A stretch of 64,000 bases of DNA from Amphiscolops sp. MND2022 (taxonomy: Eukaryota), in contig OZ076409.1 of the NCBI GenBank assembly GCA_964187785.1, positions 7,628,001-7,692,000 of the forward strand. Direction: 5' to 3'. Below the pieces are notes generated by a model, which was given only the letters and a program-made list of their open reading frames with translations, searched no databases and was not told the DNA's origin. A program made the translations under genes and the position numbers. Shown here one piece after another: positions 45,001-57,900 of the stretch. The first letter of the stretch is position 1, and each line of letters begins with the position of its first letter.

Positions 45001-46787
45001 TGAAATCAATGTCCAATCAGCAGGAGTATCACAGGAAGACCAAATTTTCTACACAAACGACGATGATGAAACTGAAGAACAATACTGGGAGAGGAAAAAA
45101 GCAGTTCGACGAAATCCCGCCACAACAGAAAAAGCCATAACAAATTGGTCAGTTTCTACAAGTTTGAGAAAACAGCAACCCGAGAAACAAGGGCGATTAC
45201 GGAAAGCCAACCAGATCATTATCGAGCAATCTGAAGATGCAGTATTACAATAATTGAAGGCAAAATTCCTTCATGAGGAATATTCAGAAAACGTACTGCA
45301 GCAAGATGCCCGATATCGACACTATTCCAATAATATAGATTCCCCAATGCTACAATCACGCCTGAACTACCTAAAATGGGACCTTGGACCCGAAGATGTC
45401 ATGCAAGTCGGCCCCTTGCCGAATCATCCCGCAAGTGGCTGATACGAAAATGTGTTCATTGCAATTGATATCTTTTCGCGATATTTTTTACTAATCCCCT
45501 TGCAGACGCATCAGGAATCAATGTAGCAAAAATCATCATTGGTATTACACAGACAAGGTAACTGCATTCACATTCACGATTATTCCGTAAATTGCGCAAA
45601 TGTTGGGAATTACACTAAATTGTGCAACCACCAAGCATCCGCAAACGATCGGGAAATCAGAGCTAACACATGCATCACCCAGGACAAATCTCAAAATAGC
45701 ACGTGGGGAATATCGCCGACAAGGGCATAAGTACTTGCCATTAACAGTTCTGAACCACAAAACGAGCTATCTTGCGAGTATTGCCTGTGAACCGACACGA
45801 GTATTTTCTAGACGTATTCCACACAATATATTAGATCATAAACGTGGGCATAACCCGAAAGAACAAACTTCCCCTACAACTGAAATTGCAAAAGAAATCG
45901 GACAAAACTCCTTATTGACAAGACGAAACAAAATATTATGCAATCCCACCTCAAACATTTATGAAGATTACTATGATCGCAAAGCGAAAGCAACTGCACT
46001 CAAGGAGAATTATTTTTGCTTCGTATTACAGCCAAAAAATGATCAAAAGGGTCGAAAATCCCAATTATTGATTACCGTTGGGTTGGACGATTTATAGTGC
46101 AAAAGGTGTTGCCTGTTGAAAACTATACTGTACGCCGACTCAACACAAACAAAACTCAAATTTTACATCGTATTCGACTCAAAAAATTCCTCCCCAATTA
46201 GTCGCTAGAGTAGTAAATTTACAGCCGGAGGAGGATATTATCATTCCGCAAGATGATCTGTATACAATAACGTGGGAAACAAACTTTGGTGACCAGTTAG
46301 AAACGCGAGGCAATGAACCTATTCCAACTAGCTTACCGAATGGCGAACAGCCGGTTACGTCAAACGACAAACCAAACGACGCACATGAGAATGAAGTTGA
46401 TTACATAACGTCGACAGACGGTCTGATGACGTCAACGACGCGCCACATCGAGGAAAAGAAAGATTACATGATGACGTCGGCAAACGAAATAACGCTATCG
46501 AAGCTGAAAGAAATAAAAACTCTGATTGGCCGGAATCGGCCGTTTGCCCCAGAAGTTATAGCAAAGCTTTACGGGATTTGTCCGAAACCCGGGAAAGCGA
46601 TGCAGATCTTACGGGAGAAGTTTCCGCTACTAAAAACGATGCACAAAATTTTCCCAACAAGGGGGATGACAACATCGTGCCCAAAGTATTACAGAATGAA
46701 AATAGAATAGAACGTCTCCGTCCTAGAGGAGGGAAATATAATCTCAGGCCTAACCCTAATCCAAACTACTCAGAAGATAGATACTAG
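39047..46787 (+). pseudogene. pol: pol pseudogene of element C with a tandemly duplicated PR-RT-RH block
   Basis: Fragments such as MVANG.LET.KST, MNEEFKV, CKLDCSQAYHCL and PPALWNACDYVI occur twice. Integrase core remnants at 45350-46300; C-terminal KYNLRPNPNPNYSEDRY. Confidence 0.9.
39432..45346 (+). repeat. Tandem duplication of about 2.96 kb (39432-42390 and 42391-45346)
   Basis: Both copies start ATCAGTCCACGAAAATCCAC and end CCAATAATATAGA.TCCCCA; they share inactivating stops. Confidence 0.92.
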
Positions 46788-46999
46788 AAAAGACTTGAAT
46801 TGCATCCAAACGAGCCATATTTCTTTTCGTTTCACTTTTTTCGGTCCCCCTTGAGAATAATTTTGAAAAATATGGGAACTTTCAGGCAAACACCCGTCTC
46901 AACAAATGAATACAGGGGTTAACTGGAAAACTGCAAGAAGAAGCATTAATACAAACATGGATAATAAAAGAGGAATCAACAAAAACTACAGTTTGAAGG

Positions 47000-49900
47000 T
47001 GTACATTCGACAGTTAGAAGTGCGAGGTGCGGGTTCCGCCAACTACGAAAGAAGAGGAGGATCGGCAAAAGCTTTTTTCCGTTCTCCTCCGTTTACTGTC
47101 ACTAGGAGGCTTCAAAGCAGATTCTTCTATGACAGAATCTTCTGTTTCACTCCAGACGGAAACCTTCTTTGGACAGACCAGCACGGCGCGATAGGAAGAA
47201 AGCAGGGACTTGTAATCTTTAGATCTTCCAAAGTTATCTACATAAGTCCATGGGTCGTAAGAAGGGGCGAAGGCGGCCCAACCAAATTAAGCAGAGAGGA
47301 GGGAGAACTTTTCTAGATTAGAGTCGTCGTCACCACAAAGGGTTACCCAACCAGACACTCCAGCCATATAACTGTGGCATAATAAAATAACGTCTGTGAA
47401 CCTGCTCTGGTGTCCAGCCGATGTAATACTCCCCACTGTGATGTCAGGGTAGTTGGGACTCGGGGTTGTGGCACACAGTCAACGTAACTTGAACAAATAC
47501 AAAAGGTGTTCGCGAGTCTGGAGGAAATCGAGCCCAAGTAAGAATCCAATCAAGGTTCTGTGAGGTGCTGGTCACGTCGAAATCAGGGCCATAGCAAACG
47601 CGCAAGTGATCAAGCAGCTGGGTATACTGATCTCGACATATGGACTCATTGGCCTTAGTGACCCAAGAACGGAGGCAGAAACTACTATAAAGCAGGTCAA
47701 AGTGTCGAAGCGCTACTTCCATGGGCTCTTTAAACTTAATGAAAGGGTCAAATGCAGCCAGGCGCTTGATGATGTCTGTACTTAGCCCGGTTTGGCGAAG
47801 CACCTCATTGATGAGATATTGGATGTAATGGAGGGCACCATCTATAAGTTCTGCTTTGACGGTCGAAGTTGTCTTCTGGATAGTTGCACGATCTGATTTC
47901 TTTCCGAAGTTCAGTCCTTCAGCCTTGGCTTTGCTGGATGCGGCTACTTTGTTGGAAAGTTTAAGGCGTAGGAGGAACTTTTCCCCGTACATGAAGATTC
48001 CTTCACTGATGTGGACCTTCAAAAGCAAAAACCAGGCATTCTCCAATGGGACAATGTCGGGGTGCAGCAACGAGAGCACAACTGGAAGAGGAATAGGCTT
48101 GTTTCCCACAACAGAAGACAGAGACATTTCGTCAGATCTGGAGACTTACGGTGAAGCTGGTCACACTTTAGAAAAACTAACAATCGTTGATGAGCTTGCA
48201 GAAGAAATCTAGTTTCACGACGAAGAACTCATCGCAAATCAGGGACCAATCGAAACTTTGCACCTGAAACAAGGAACCCTCAGTCCTTGAGTTTTATAGC
48301 TCCCATTTTAAAACCAGTCAGGACCATGACATTCGTTCAAAGCAACTAGATAATTCGAGATACAGGCAAGTAACCAGCTCTTTTGCGTGATCCCTGTCTG
48401 GGAGCATTGATGGTCATATAACGGGTCACTGATTTCCTTTCGGCAATGAGTTCTCGACAGAGGTCAGGAAGGGTCGGAATGTCGAGCTTGCTGGATGATA
48501 TGCGAAGTACTGTTGATCTGTAATCTGCTCAGCGGTGTCGCTCATGGCGCAGTTGAAGAATTGTTTGAAAATCGCCTGAAAACGACAAAACGTGTTGTCA
48601 AGACTGGGATGAAAAGGTGACTTGGTGGTTAGTGAAGGACCCCACACGTGACTATAAGTTTTTCAGGACTGAAACATCTCTGAATGATGAAGTCGATGAA
48701 GTGCCCGACTAGGCAAAGTTGTTCCGAGTTCGGGATTCGATGATAATTGTGATCCCTTTAGCAAAGTCCTCATAAAACGGGAATCTTTCATCAACGTCCA
48801 CCAGTTCTACGTGGACGAATTAAGGCGAGTTCTGTGGCCAGCTCCAATTTCGTCAGGATTTTCCCGTTTCGTCCCCGCACTCTATGTTGGACCTTTCCAC
48901 TGATTGGGTTGATACTTTTAAAGTGTTCGTATCGCCACCTTTGGTAACGCCTCAGGTGCCTTTCTGTAAGATGGTACCCAAGCATCTCCAATGTCCCTTT
49001 TGTCTTTATGGAAAAATTCTTTTTGCAAATTTGGCACCAGAGCAAATGAGGGTTGTGGACTGGATCCGCAGGGCCAGATACGATGGACCGCGTCCAGCCA
49101 ATTTTTGCAAAGAATTCTCCGCGAATAGGTACGCCTCTCTGAGATGGTCGTCTGGTCTTTTCTGTCTTTTGGCCTTTGAGGGTCTTGGGTTTTGTCTTCT
49201 TTTGCTTCCTGGTGTAGTTGCAAAAATGTGGCGTCTTGGCTGCTATGCTATGTGGTATCACCACTTTCTGGCGGAAGCGCGGAATGGTCTGCTGTTGAAG
49301 ATGAAGAGACTGGATCCAACCTAAGAGCCCTTTTGAGGGAATCTGAGATTAGAGCCATTTTGGTGGTGCTGTCACTCTCAACCTCACCATAAAATAAAGA
49401 GCCTTCCTCATCTTAGGACCGTTCATTCCCAACTTCAAAGGGAACATCGCTGTCTGATTCAGAGGAGGTCGAGGATCCATGGACCCAGGTTCCAGGTATT
49501 TGAGCTCGGTCCCTGGAGCGGAATTGGGCCGTTCTGGATGGACCAGTTATGGGAGTCCCCTTAACAGAGTCAGTGAACATCCGTTCCATAGTGGAGTATG
49601 ACATTCTGATGGTCTCGTCCGTCAAAACTCTTAGCAAGTTGTATACCTGCGATTCAGTGAAGGCAACAGTGGTGCGCCCAACGGCGAGTCTGAAGGCATC
49701 AGTTTCCTCGAAGAATTTCTTGAGAAATGCACGGCTTCGCTCAGACAGTTTGGAGAGATTGTCTAGTTCAGTGACAACTATTTGGTCTACGGTCATTCCC
49801 GACGCACTCCTATGAGTTCCGAAGCCCGATTCGTCTCCTCCATCTGTTCCCGAAGCTGAATCCACGGGATTTCGGCCAAAAAGTTTAAAATGGTCCAACT

Positions 49901-50510
49901 GGGAGAACTCATCAGAGCTTCCGGCTTCGCCCTGACTGGAGATAAAACGGACCTTGGGCCTTCCCCCTGGTAGTGAGGGAGCATCACACAAAGATGAGAC
50001 GTTCTTGTCATCAGTCTGCATCGGAATTTAGGCAGCACTCTCCTGGTTTGAACTGACTGTGGTCAAAAGCTCAAGTAGTTGTGACTCCGGATCAATAACT
50101 ATTTTGAGAGCAGACTCTAAGGCAGACAAATCGGCTTCAGTGTCCTAGTCCCCGCTAGGTAATATGGGTACTAGATCTTGTTCCAGGGTTGCTGTCTGCA
50201 CCAGTTGAGTTTTGGAAACCTTGGACCTCCTCAGAACTCTCATTGACTGAACGAGATCCATTTGACGCAGCAGGTTCTTGAGCTTGCTCCATCCTTCGTA
50301 CAAAAATTTCAGCATAAGCCGTTACATCTGGCTCATTATCTTGACTGTAAGGAGAAGAGTCAGGAAGAAGCAGTGATTGAGGTGTAGTATTGGGAGCTGC
50401 AGCCACACCGGGAGTGTTGGCTTAGGATTTGATTGGTACGTCAGAATTCTCTAATGTCTGGTTTTCTTAACAGAAGGGAATGAATCCGAGCAGTGTGCTT
50501 CGTCGGAAGA
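47000..50510 (-). pseudogene. Antisense accessory gene of element C (decayed, with internal deletions)
   Basis: RGEFFAKIGWTRS..SGPADP.HNP...WCQICKKNFSIKTKG.LE.L..H.TERHLRR and LAAFDPF...FDLLYSSF..RSW; closely similar to the element D gene. Ends approximate. Confidence 0.8.
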
Positions 50511-51446
50511 AAAGAATTTCACCGCGTTTGAAACCTTCCGGAAGTATCTTAGTGATTTAATGAATTTTGCTTGCAAATTTTCAAAAGAAAACAGGTTGAG
50601 ATTGTGAACAAACTTCACTCCTGATCAAACTGATATTGTTCACAAGAAAACAAAAAATCCAAACCAACCTGAGTCTGACGTCCTTGTAGTGAGAAACGTG
50701 TACTAGGGAGTGATTCAGTCGGAGAAGACGAAGTCGTGACGATAAGACAGTTATGGCTCATGAACGGGGAAGGATCGAACCGATCTGTGGGAGTTAGTAA
50801 TGAGAATTGATGGTGAGATGAAATGGATGGAGAGAATTTCAATTGTGGAATACAAAAGATAAAGGAATCAAAGTTGAGTAAAATAATTGGAAGCTGAGAG
50901 TTTTCAGTTCGTGGCTGAAAAAATTACCAGATTAATCTTTCGTGGAAATTTTTTTCATATTCAAAATGTACATTTGGTTTTTTTAGTTAGAATCTGCCAT
51001 TTTGATTTTTTTTGAAATAATATTTTCCCCATTCTATCATTCATTTTTCTCTTTATCGATGAATGATTCTGATTAGTCGGAACCATATTGAGAGAATTAT
51101 GTGACGCGTGCCGTTAATTGTGTTTAGGCAACCCGTTAACTACCCACTTGAAGCAAGTTCATTTGTTGACATTTATTCAAAAGCCTCTCTAACCTCTTCA
51201 AGAGATGAAGGTGATAGCTGGTAAACACCCATATTTCAAAGAGTGCCGACGGGTGGAGGAATTTCATTCGGAAAGTAGTTATGCGAAAGTCAGATAATTA
51301 TTCGAGGTTTCTACCGCCAAATAGAGATTCCCGGGAAAAGGTTCTATCACGGCCTGAAGCTTGAAGACTGACGATTTCATTCTGATTCTGATCTGCTAGA
51401 AACAAGTCACCTCTCAAAACTGTCAAAGATAGCTAAAAAACTAATT

Positions 51447-52227
51447 ATGCAAAAATTCAACCTCGCTAAGCGCTTGTTTGATATGGAGCAACAAAGTTCC
51501 TGTTCTTCTCCTGATTCGATAATTTACTTATCAAGCAGCAGCGACAAAGGACAATCTGAAGGATGGGATTCAGATTGGTCCTTGGAGACTGAGGACATGA
51601 TCAAGGGGATCGAACAAGAAGTGTCCTCGAGCCCAATACTTATCGGGGGATGGATAATGACAACAGGAAGCATGGAGGTGGAAATGACAGCAGGCCCGAG
51701 CACTAGTCGAGCAAATACGGCAGGAACTTCCAAACTGGATCACAAAAACTTCAACAAAAAATTGTGTTATGCTCCGCCTAGGGAAGCCCTGAAAACGGAT
51801 CGAGATGTGCAAAACAATCTTGCCTGTAGCAGATTCCCCTATGTCTCCACCTCCCATTAGAGGGGGCTGTCTCAAGACTCCCCTAATACGACCGACCAAA
51901 ACAAAGTTTCGTGCATCTTATCAAATACAAAACACGACGCCTTACCAGAGTAGCGAAGGGCGTTACACTGTCTGTATGGTTTGTGGTCGTTCTGTGGACT
52001 TCATCAAGAGGGAGAATGTGGACTGGTACAAGAGGCAATCCACTCCAGCAAATGAACCTGAGTACTTTACAAGATTAAGAAGAGAAGCGTACGAAAATGG
52101 ACTCAATGCAAGTTCCTTTCTTTTCTTGGCTCCCGCAGTGTCGCAGGCTGCCGCCTGTGACGGTACAACAATGACGACCTCAGCTGAAGGACAAAGGATC
52201 ATGCCAGGCACTTTGCCGACTTTCTAA
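51447..52227 (+). pseudogene. ORF3 of element C (one frameshift near 51790), overlapping the 3' LTR
   Basis: Two overlapping ORFs with IIYLSSSSDKG and CMVC...RREAYENGL, homologous to B ORF3. Confidence 0.7.
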
Positions 52228-53839
52228 AATTGGAGACCGATAAACACTTAGTTAAACTGGAATTGATCCCATTTTACATTTATTCATTTTGTTGCTGTCT
52301 TTATATACTATAAAAAGTTCAGTTATTGGTCATTTAACATAAAAGTTGAATTGCTCAAGATGAAGTTTGGATTAGTGAAATTTTGCTAAACTTGCAGTGT
52401 AATAGTGTATGTAAAAGGCAACTGATTAGCAGTGTAGGAAACGTGTTCAAATGTGAGTGTGTACTATTCCGGCAACGTCACTTGCGCTCGTTGTTTGGAC
52501 CAATCACGATTCACTATTTGCTGTACTTTTACGCTTCTATACTAATGGCCGAATAAGGCCCTTTGACGCTGCTACTCTATACCTAAAAGGGAAGCTAGTC
52601 AAACAGCATGTTCAGGCTATTTGTTACAATGTATCAAAGCAATGTTAATCTCCCACCCAATTAGTTGCAGATGATGATTTTAGTACTTTTTATATTTTAA
52701 CCTATACATTTGCCCATATTAGTTGCTATTCATTGACGCTCAATTTTGACAGATTAGTCCTTGTGTATTTGCTGAAAAAATATCCGAAAGTGCTCATGTG
52801 TCAAGTAGCCGGATTAGGCTTTTTCAGGTTACGTTATTTGCTATGATGCTCTTAAGTCAAGGTGAGTTAGATAACCTTTTAGCCGCACGTGAAAGCACGT
52901 GCCCACCAAGGAGTGCATCTCTAAGATGCTTGAAGTGCGACAGTGTTTCGATGTCTTTGATGCCATTTGTTGCTGATGTATAAACATTTTGATTTATTTA
53001 GATGCATAGGGTGTACTATTCCGGCAACGTCACTTGCGCACTGTTCAATTTCTTGCATCTACTCATTAAGTGGTAATCTCGCGATAATGGAATTTGACAC
53101 TCGTAAAGTTGGTCATGCAAAAATATGGATGTCATTTTCTCAGGAGTCTACACAACTTTGTTTAGCCTTAGAAGGACACAATCTTGTTTAGCTCATTGAC
53201 GTTCACACACCTTGAATATACCTATGCCTGATTTTCTAATAAAGTATTACAATCAGGAGTTCTTGGTGCCTACTACTAGAAACTAGAAGAATGCTAGAAA
53301 TTCTAGAGGAGCAGAAAAACTACCTGACATCGAAAATCTAGATATCATGTTGCGAGGTAACCATTTAGAAAGAGAAGAAAGTGAATATCGTTGCTTGAGT
53401 AGAAGCTCAAACAGCCCTAATTTCAATGTCCATGAAAAAAATGAAGGAATTCATTACCCTAAACCTGAGGAAAATAGATCGAGTAACAGTGCCGAATACA
53501 GCCACAACGCTGCTGGCAATTTCTCCATTGCTGAATTTACTAGGCTATCAGGGGATCCTAACCTGATAATCTCAATAGAAAAGGATGAGATGATGAATAG
53601 CGTCAGTGTTCAAATCCATAGGGCCATTATTGACGCAATAAGTAGTCAGGTCTTACCGCAAATCCAGAATGATCTTACGACTGGATCAGGATCATTGACT
53701 CAGAAAGGATCGAACATGCCGACTGGGATACCGGAACGACATCCCGAGGACCATCCTAGTCAGAAAGTAAGGAGTAGTTCTAGAAGTTAGCCAGCCTGTA
53801 ACCGTCTTTGTGACGAAGATACAGACAACGCTCATGACA
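52139..53839 (+). repeat. 3' LTR of element C
   Basis: TGTCGCAG...CATGACA; contains a relic Gag N-terminus (ORF 53347-53790). Confidence 0.9.
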
Positions 53840-54981
53840 GTGCCTGTAGTGCCCCAGCTTGCGAGCTGAATGTGGACATTGCCAAGTAATTGGTATCGAC
53901 GAGATTTTTGCATTTTGTTGTAATTTTATGGCTACTTGGCAGTTTTAGATATTATTCCCCAACTTACACTGCATGGCGAAATTTATATTTATATTTCCTA
54001 TTGGAACGTTTTTAAAGACTGTCTAAGCGGTAGTTTCGAAGACAAAGCGTAATTCACGTTACTGAGGGCAAAATTAAAGACTGGATAAAGCTGGCGAGGG
54101 TTCTTTATGAGACGACTACCCCCTCCTGACGGGACAACTTTTACCCAGGAGGCAAAATGAGCGTATGGCTATGTACGCCCGTCCCGGGAAAATACCCTTG
54201 TCAGAGGTTCCTCCATCTCAATGACGGAGCAGCGGCAAAGGTGAGAGCTTGCCGTTACACACTTTACTTCAGATAAAACGTCAAACGGAACATCAAAGCC
54301 AAAATGGCATCAACCAATCAGGATTAGCCTTCATTAAAATTGAAAAATGAATGATAAAATCGCTTAAAATAATGATTCTAAACAATTCAAAGTGGCGGAA
54401 TTCTAACTAGGGTAATAGGGATGACTGAACAAATGGTAAAATAAAATAGGGTAAATGGCCGTAATCGGCTTCAAACTAACAAAGTTGTGAACAATGAAAA
54501 ACATTCTGTGAATTTCACTGGCAGACTCCATGTACATTTTAAATATATAAAAAGCTATATAACATTAGTCTGGTAAAATCTTCAACCACGAACTCCAACT
54601 TTAAATCTTCTTGATTGTGACTCCATTTGAATTCCTTTTACAATTTGTATTCGTTACATTTGTTTTCTTCTCACATCTATATCTCCGATCACACTGCCCA
54701 TCTGTAACCGTTTTCAACTTCGTTGCTGATCTTTTCCTTACTTCATCCGACTATGGTTCCCTTTAGCAGTCGTTCTTACAAGGATCATCACTCAGCAGAC
54801 CAATTCTCCAGCAGCATGTGTTCTGACTCAAGTTGGTTTGGATTTCCGTTTTAGAACTAGTTCAACTTGATCAAGGTTAAATTGGTTCAATAGACACTTC
54901 CGGTTTCCAACACTAAGCACGTGATAACACGTTTCATAAAAATTTGTCAGACACTTCCGGAAGATTTCTAAACGCGGTAAA

Positions 54982-57900
54982 ATGGATTCATATCAAGAAA
55001 GTACACCGCTAAGTTTCATTCCCTTTCGTTTAGAGAATCTACTGAAAGAGAACGTTCATGCACGAACCACATCCCAAGCCAACATCTCCGCTACTTCTGA
55101 AGGTTCAGCTTCTGAATCCAAAGGACTTCTACCAGAGAATACTTGTTGTCTAACCTCTCAAGCTCAAGAAAGTACCAAACAAGACAGTCCTTCCAATCGC
55201 CAGGGTAGCAGCATTGACGTTACCACATATGCAGAATCTGTGGTTCAACGAATGGAACGACAGCAGGCACCTGCTTCGCAGCAGGAGGACATTCCGTACA
55301 CGGACTTGAAGCAAGATGGATCCCTTAGCGCTGACGCCCTGGCAAAGACATCAACTGATCCTGAGATCCGGAGATCGAGTACCCCGATCCTATCTGAGGA
55401 GGAGGCTCGCGAAGCTGATTTGTCAGCCCAGGAATCGGCACTTCGTGTTATCATCACGTCAGAATCTCGATTACCAGAGCTACGAGATGGAACTGAACCT
55501 GAACTTGCCAACGTCAGTGATGCCCCCTCAAGAACAGACGATGACAATGTCTCATCAGTTTATGACGCGCCAGCTTTGCCCGGAGGAGCCCCCCGAGTCC
55601 ATTTTTCAGCAGTACCGAGTGAAGAAGAAAAAACGATTGAGGAGTCTGATCAAATTGATCCTGTTGCCTTCTACGGCTTCAATCCTTTCAATGTCGAGTC
55701 GGGGACCGAAGGCGGAGATGAGACGAACTCCGAGGTCCAAATTCCTGGGACCAGCAAAGACCCTGTTCCCAAATCCCACTCGGCTCACAGCGGACTTCCA
55801 GATCTTTCTGGTCGAAGCAGTGGGATCTTGAAAGAATACTTCGATGAAGCCTCTCCAATTCGCCTTCCCGTGAGACACTCCACGGTTGCTTTCACTGAGC
55901 CTCAAATGTATTATCTTCTCCGAGTTTTAACAGACGAGACGCTCAACCAGTCATTTTCTACAATAGAGCGAATGGTCATAGACGCCATCCCAGGGTCTCC
56001 AACTGTCGCTCCTTCCCGAACCGCCCATTTCCAATCTAAGGGCCGTTGTCAGACGCCCATGCGAAGGGCTCCTAGTGACTCAAGTGAAACAGAGTCAGAC
56101 TGGGAAGAGTCATCAGCAACGGCACGTCAGCCTGGGACATCTTCAGAAGACACGGGAGAATCCTCGTACTATGGAGAGAGCGATAGTGCGACAGAAATGG
56201 ACCCAATAACCAAGTCATTCAAGAGGGCTTCTGTACCTCGCACAAAAGGTCCCGATAGCGCCCAAACTCCCTCTGGACAACAGCAGACTGAGCCTGAAGC
56301 GTCTGAGTTTAGTAGTCAGGACACCACCTCACTAGAGATGAGGGAGCAAGCCCAACTGACTGGAGAGTCTTTCTCTAAGGCCAAAAAACGAAAAGGCAAC
56401 AGAAGGCTTACTCGGCGAGGAGTCCCCATGCGGGGGGAGTTTTTTTCAAAGATTGGTTGGACTAGGTCCTTTATCTCAGGACCCGCAGATCCCGTCCACA
56501 ATCCTCTCATGGTTTGGTGCCTTATTTGTAAGAAAAACTTCTCTATAAAGTCGAAAGGCCCATATGAGATCCTCAGGCACCATCGCACGCAGCGCCATTT
56601 ACGCCGTGACCAACGTCGGCGTTGTTGAGCACCTGCGAAGCACCGATCCCATCACTAGTAGAGTGCAACATCGAGTCCGTGGGGCCAACGGGAAGATCCT
56701 GACGAAGATGGAACTGGCAAAGGAGCTGCCTCACTTTATCATTGAGGAACTGGTAGACATTGGGGAGCGGTTCCCCTTTTACGAGGATTACATCAAAGGG
56801 TCCACCACAGCACTGGTCACAGCAGAATCGAGGACAAAGACCCAGCTTTGTCTCGTGGGCGATTTTGTAAAGACCCAAGGAGATCGGATGGTGCTGAGGA
56901 ATTTGCTGTCGCGGATGGGGTCCTTCACCAACCACCACCGTGACGGAAAGCCACCGTGACGGACTTCGTTTTGGGGAAAAGCGGCTAAACGTAAGAAATG
57001 TTTTCTAGACGACCAGGCTTCCATAAACCTCACTGGATACTGAGAGTTTGTTCCTTTTCAGACCATATTCCAACATTTCTTCGTCTGTGCGCTGAACGAC
57101 ATTGCTGAACAAGTGTCCTCGCAACAATGCTTTGCAGTAGAGGTTGAGACAGTTAGCACCAATCAGTATATGTATGTTAAGTTTTGGAAGCAATCAGAAC
57201 TCTGTAGAGTCTACATCTGCCGTAGCTCTCTCCCGACAACCGATGTGACCGGAGAAATGGGATAACTTGCTCGATTCCTGTCTGCAGTCTCCACGCGGTC
57301 CGATATGGTCGCCTGCTCAGGGTGCCCAGTTGGTTTTGCCAAAAAAAATCGATCAATCTGAGTACTTCTCCCAAGGGGTCCAAAGTTGCTTTCGCTTTGA
57401 GCAGCTGTCACTCGCGAGGCTCATGCATAGAACAAGTTACTCAGTTTTTGGCAAAATTGACTTCTCGGTGCTGCAAGCCCTGATGGTCTCTCTGGGTGGC
57501 TCTCTCACCGAAGACTGGGTGATGCGCAGTCCTGAGCTCACTAAGGTAAGCAACAATGATATAGTTTATTCCCATGTAGTTTTAATGGTAAAAAGGGGTA
57601 TGGGGTTGCAAATTCCAAAATATTGAGTTCATCTTTGTGGTTTTTATAGGCCATCTTTACCTGCAAACTTGACGTCGTGACACTTCCCACTCTCTGCCAG
57701 GAATTGATTGGTGAGTGGTAGTCAGTGTTGCGCTACTTGACGGCTCATTCTCCGCTAAAGGAAGGCCAAGGAACTCGAAATAGGGTTAGTTTGCCACTAT
57801 TCTATTTGCATGAGTTCAGCTAAGAAACTTTGATCAGAGTTAGGCTCGTTTAATCCTTACTTGTCCGAGACTTTTGTGTCCCGAGGTAAATGGGGTCCTT

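Larger units (their letters stand above)
36520..53839 (+). mobile_element. Decayed Ty3/Gypsy LTR retrotransposon, element C (17.3 kb including the internal duplication)
   Basis: LTRs 36520-37912 and 52139-53839 (about 90% identical by eye), imperfect TSD ATGCC/GTGCC, PBS TGGTGACAGGAG, fragmented gag-pol. Confidence 0.93.

Noticed and set aside
51328..51342. TTCCCGGGAA STAT-like palindrome (CCCGGGAAAA also near 32700 and 54183)
   Set aside because: Short, and its orientation relative to the element is inconsistent in D; insufficient support for a regulatory call.
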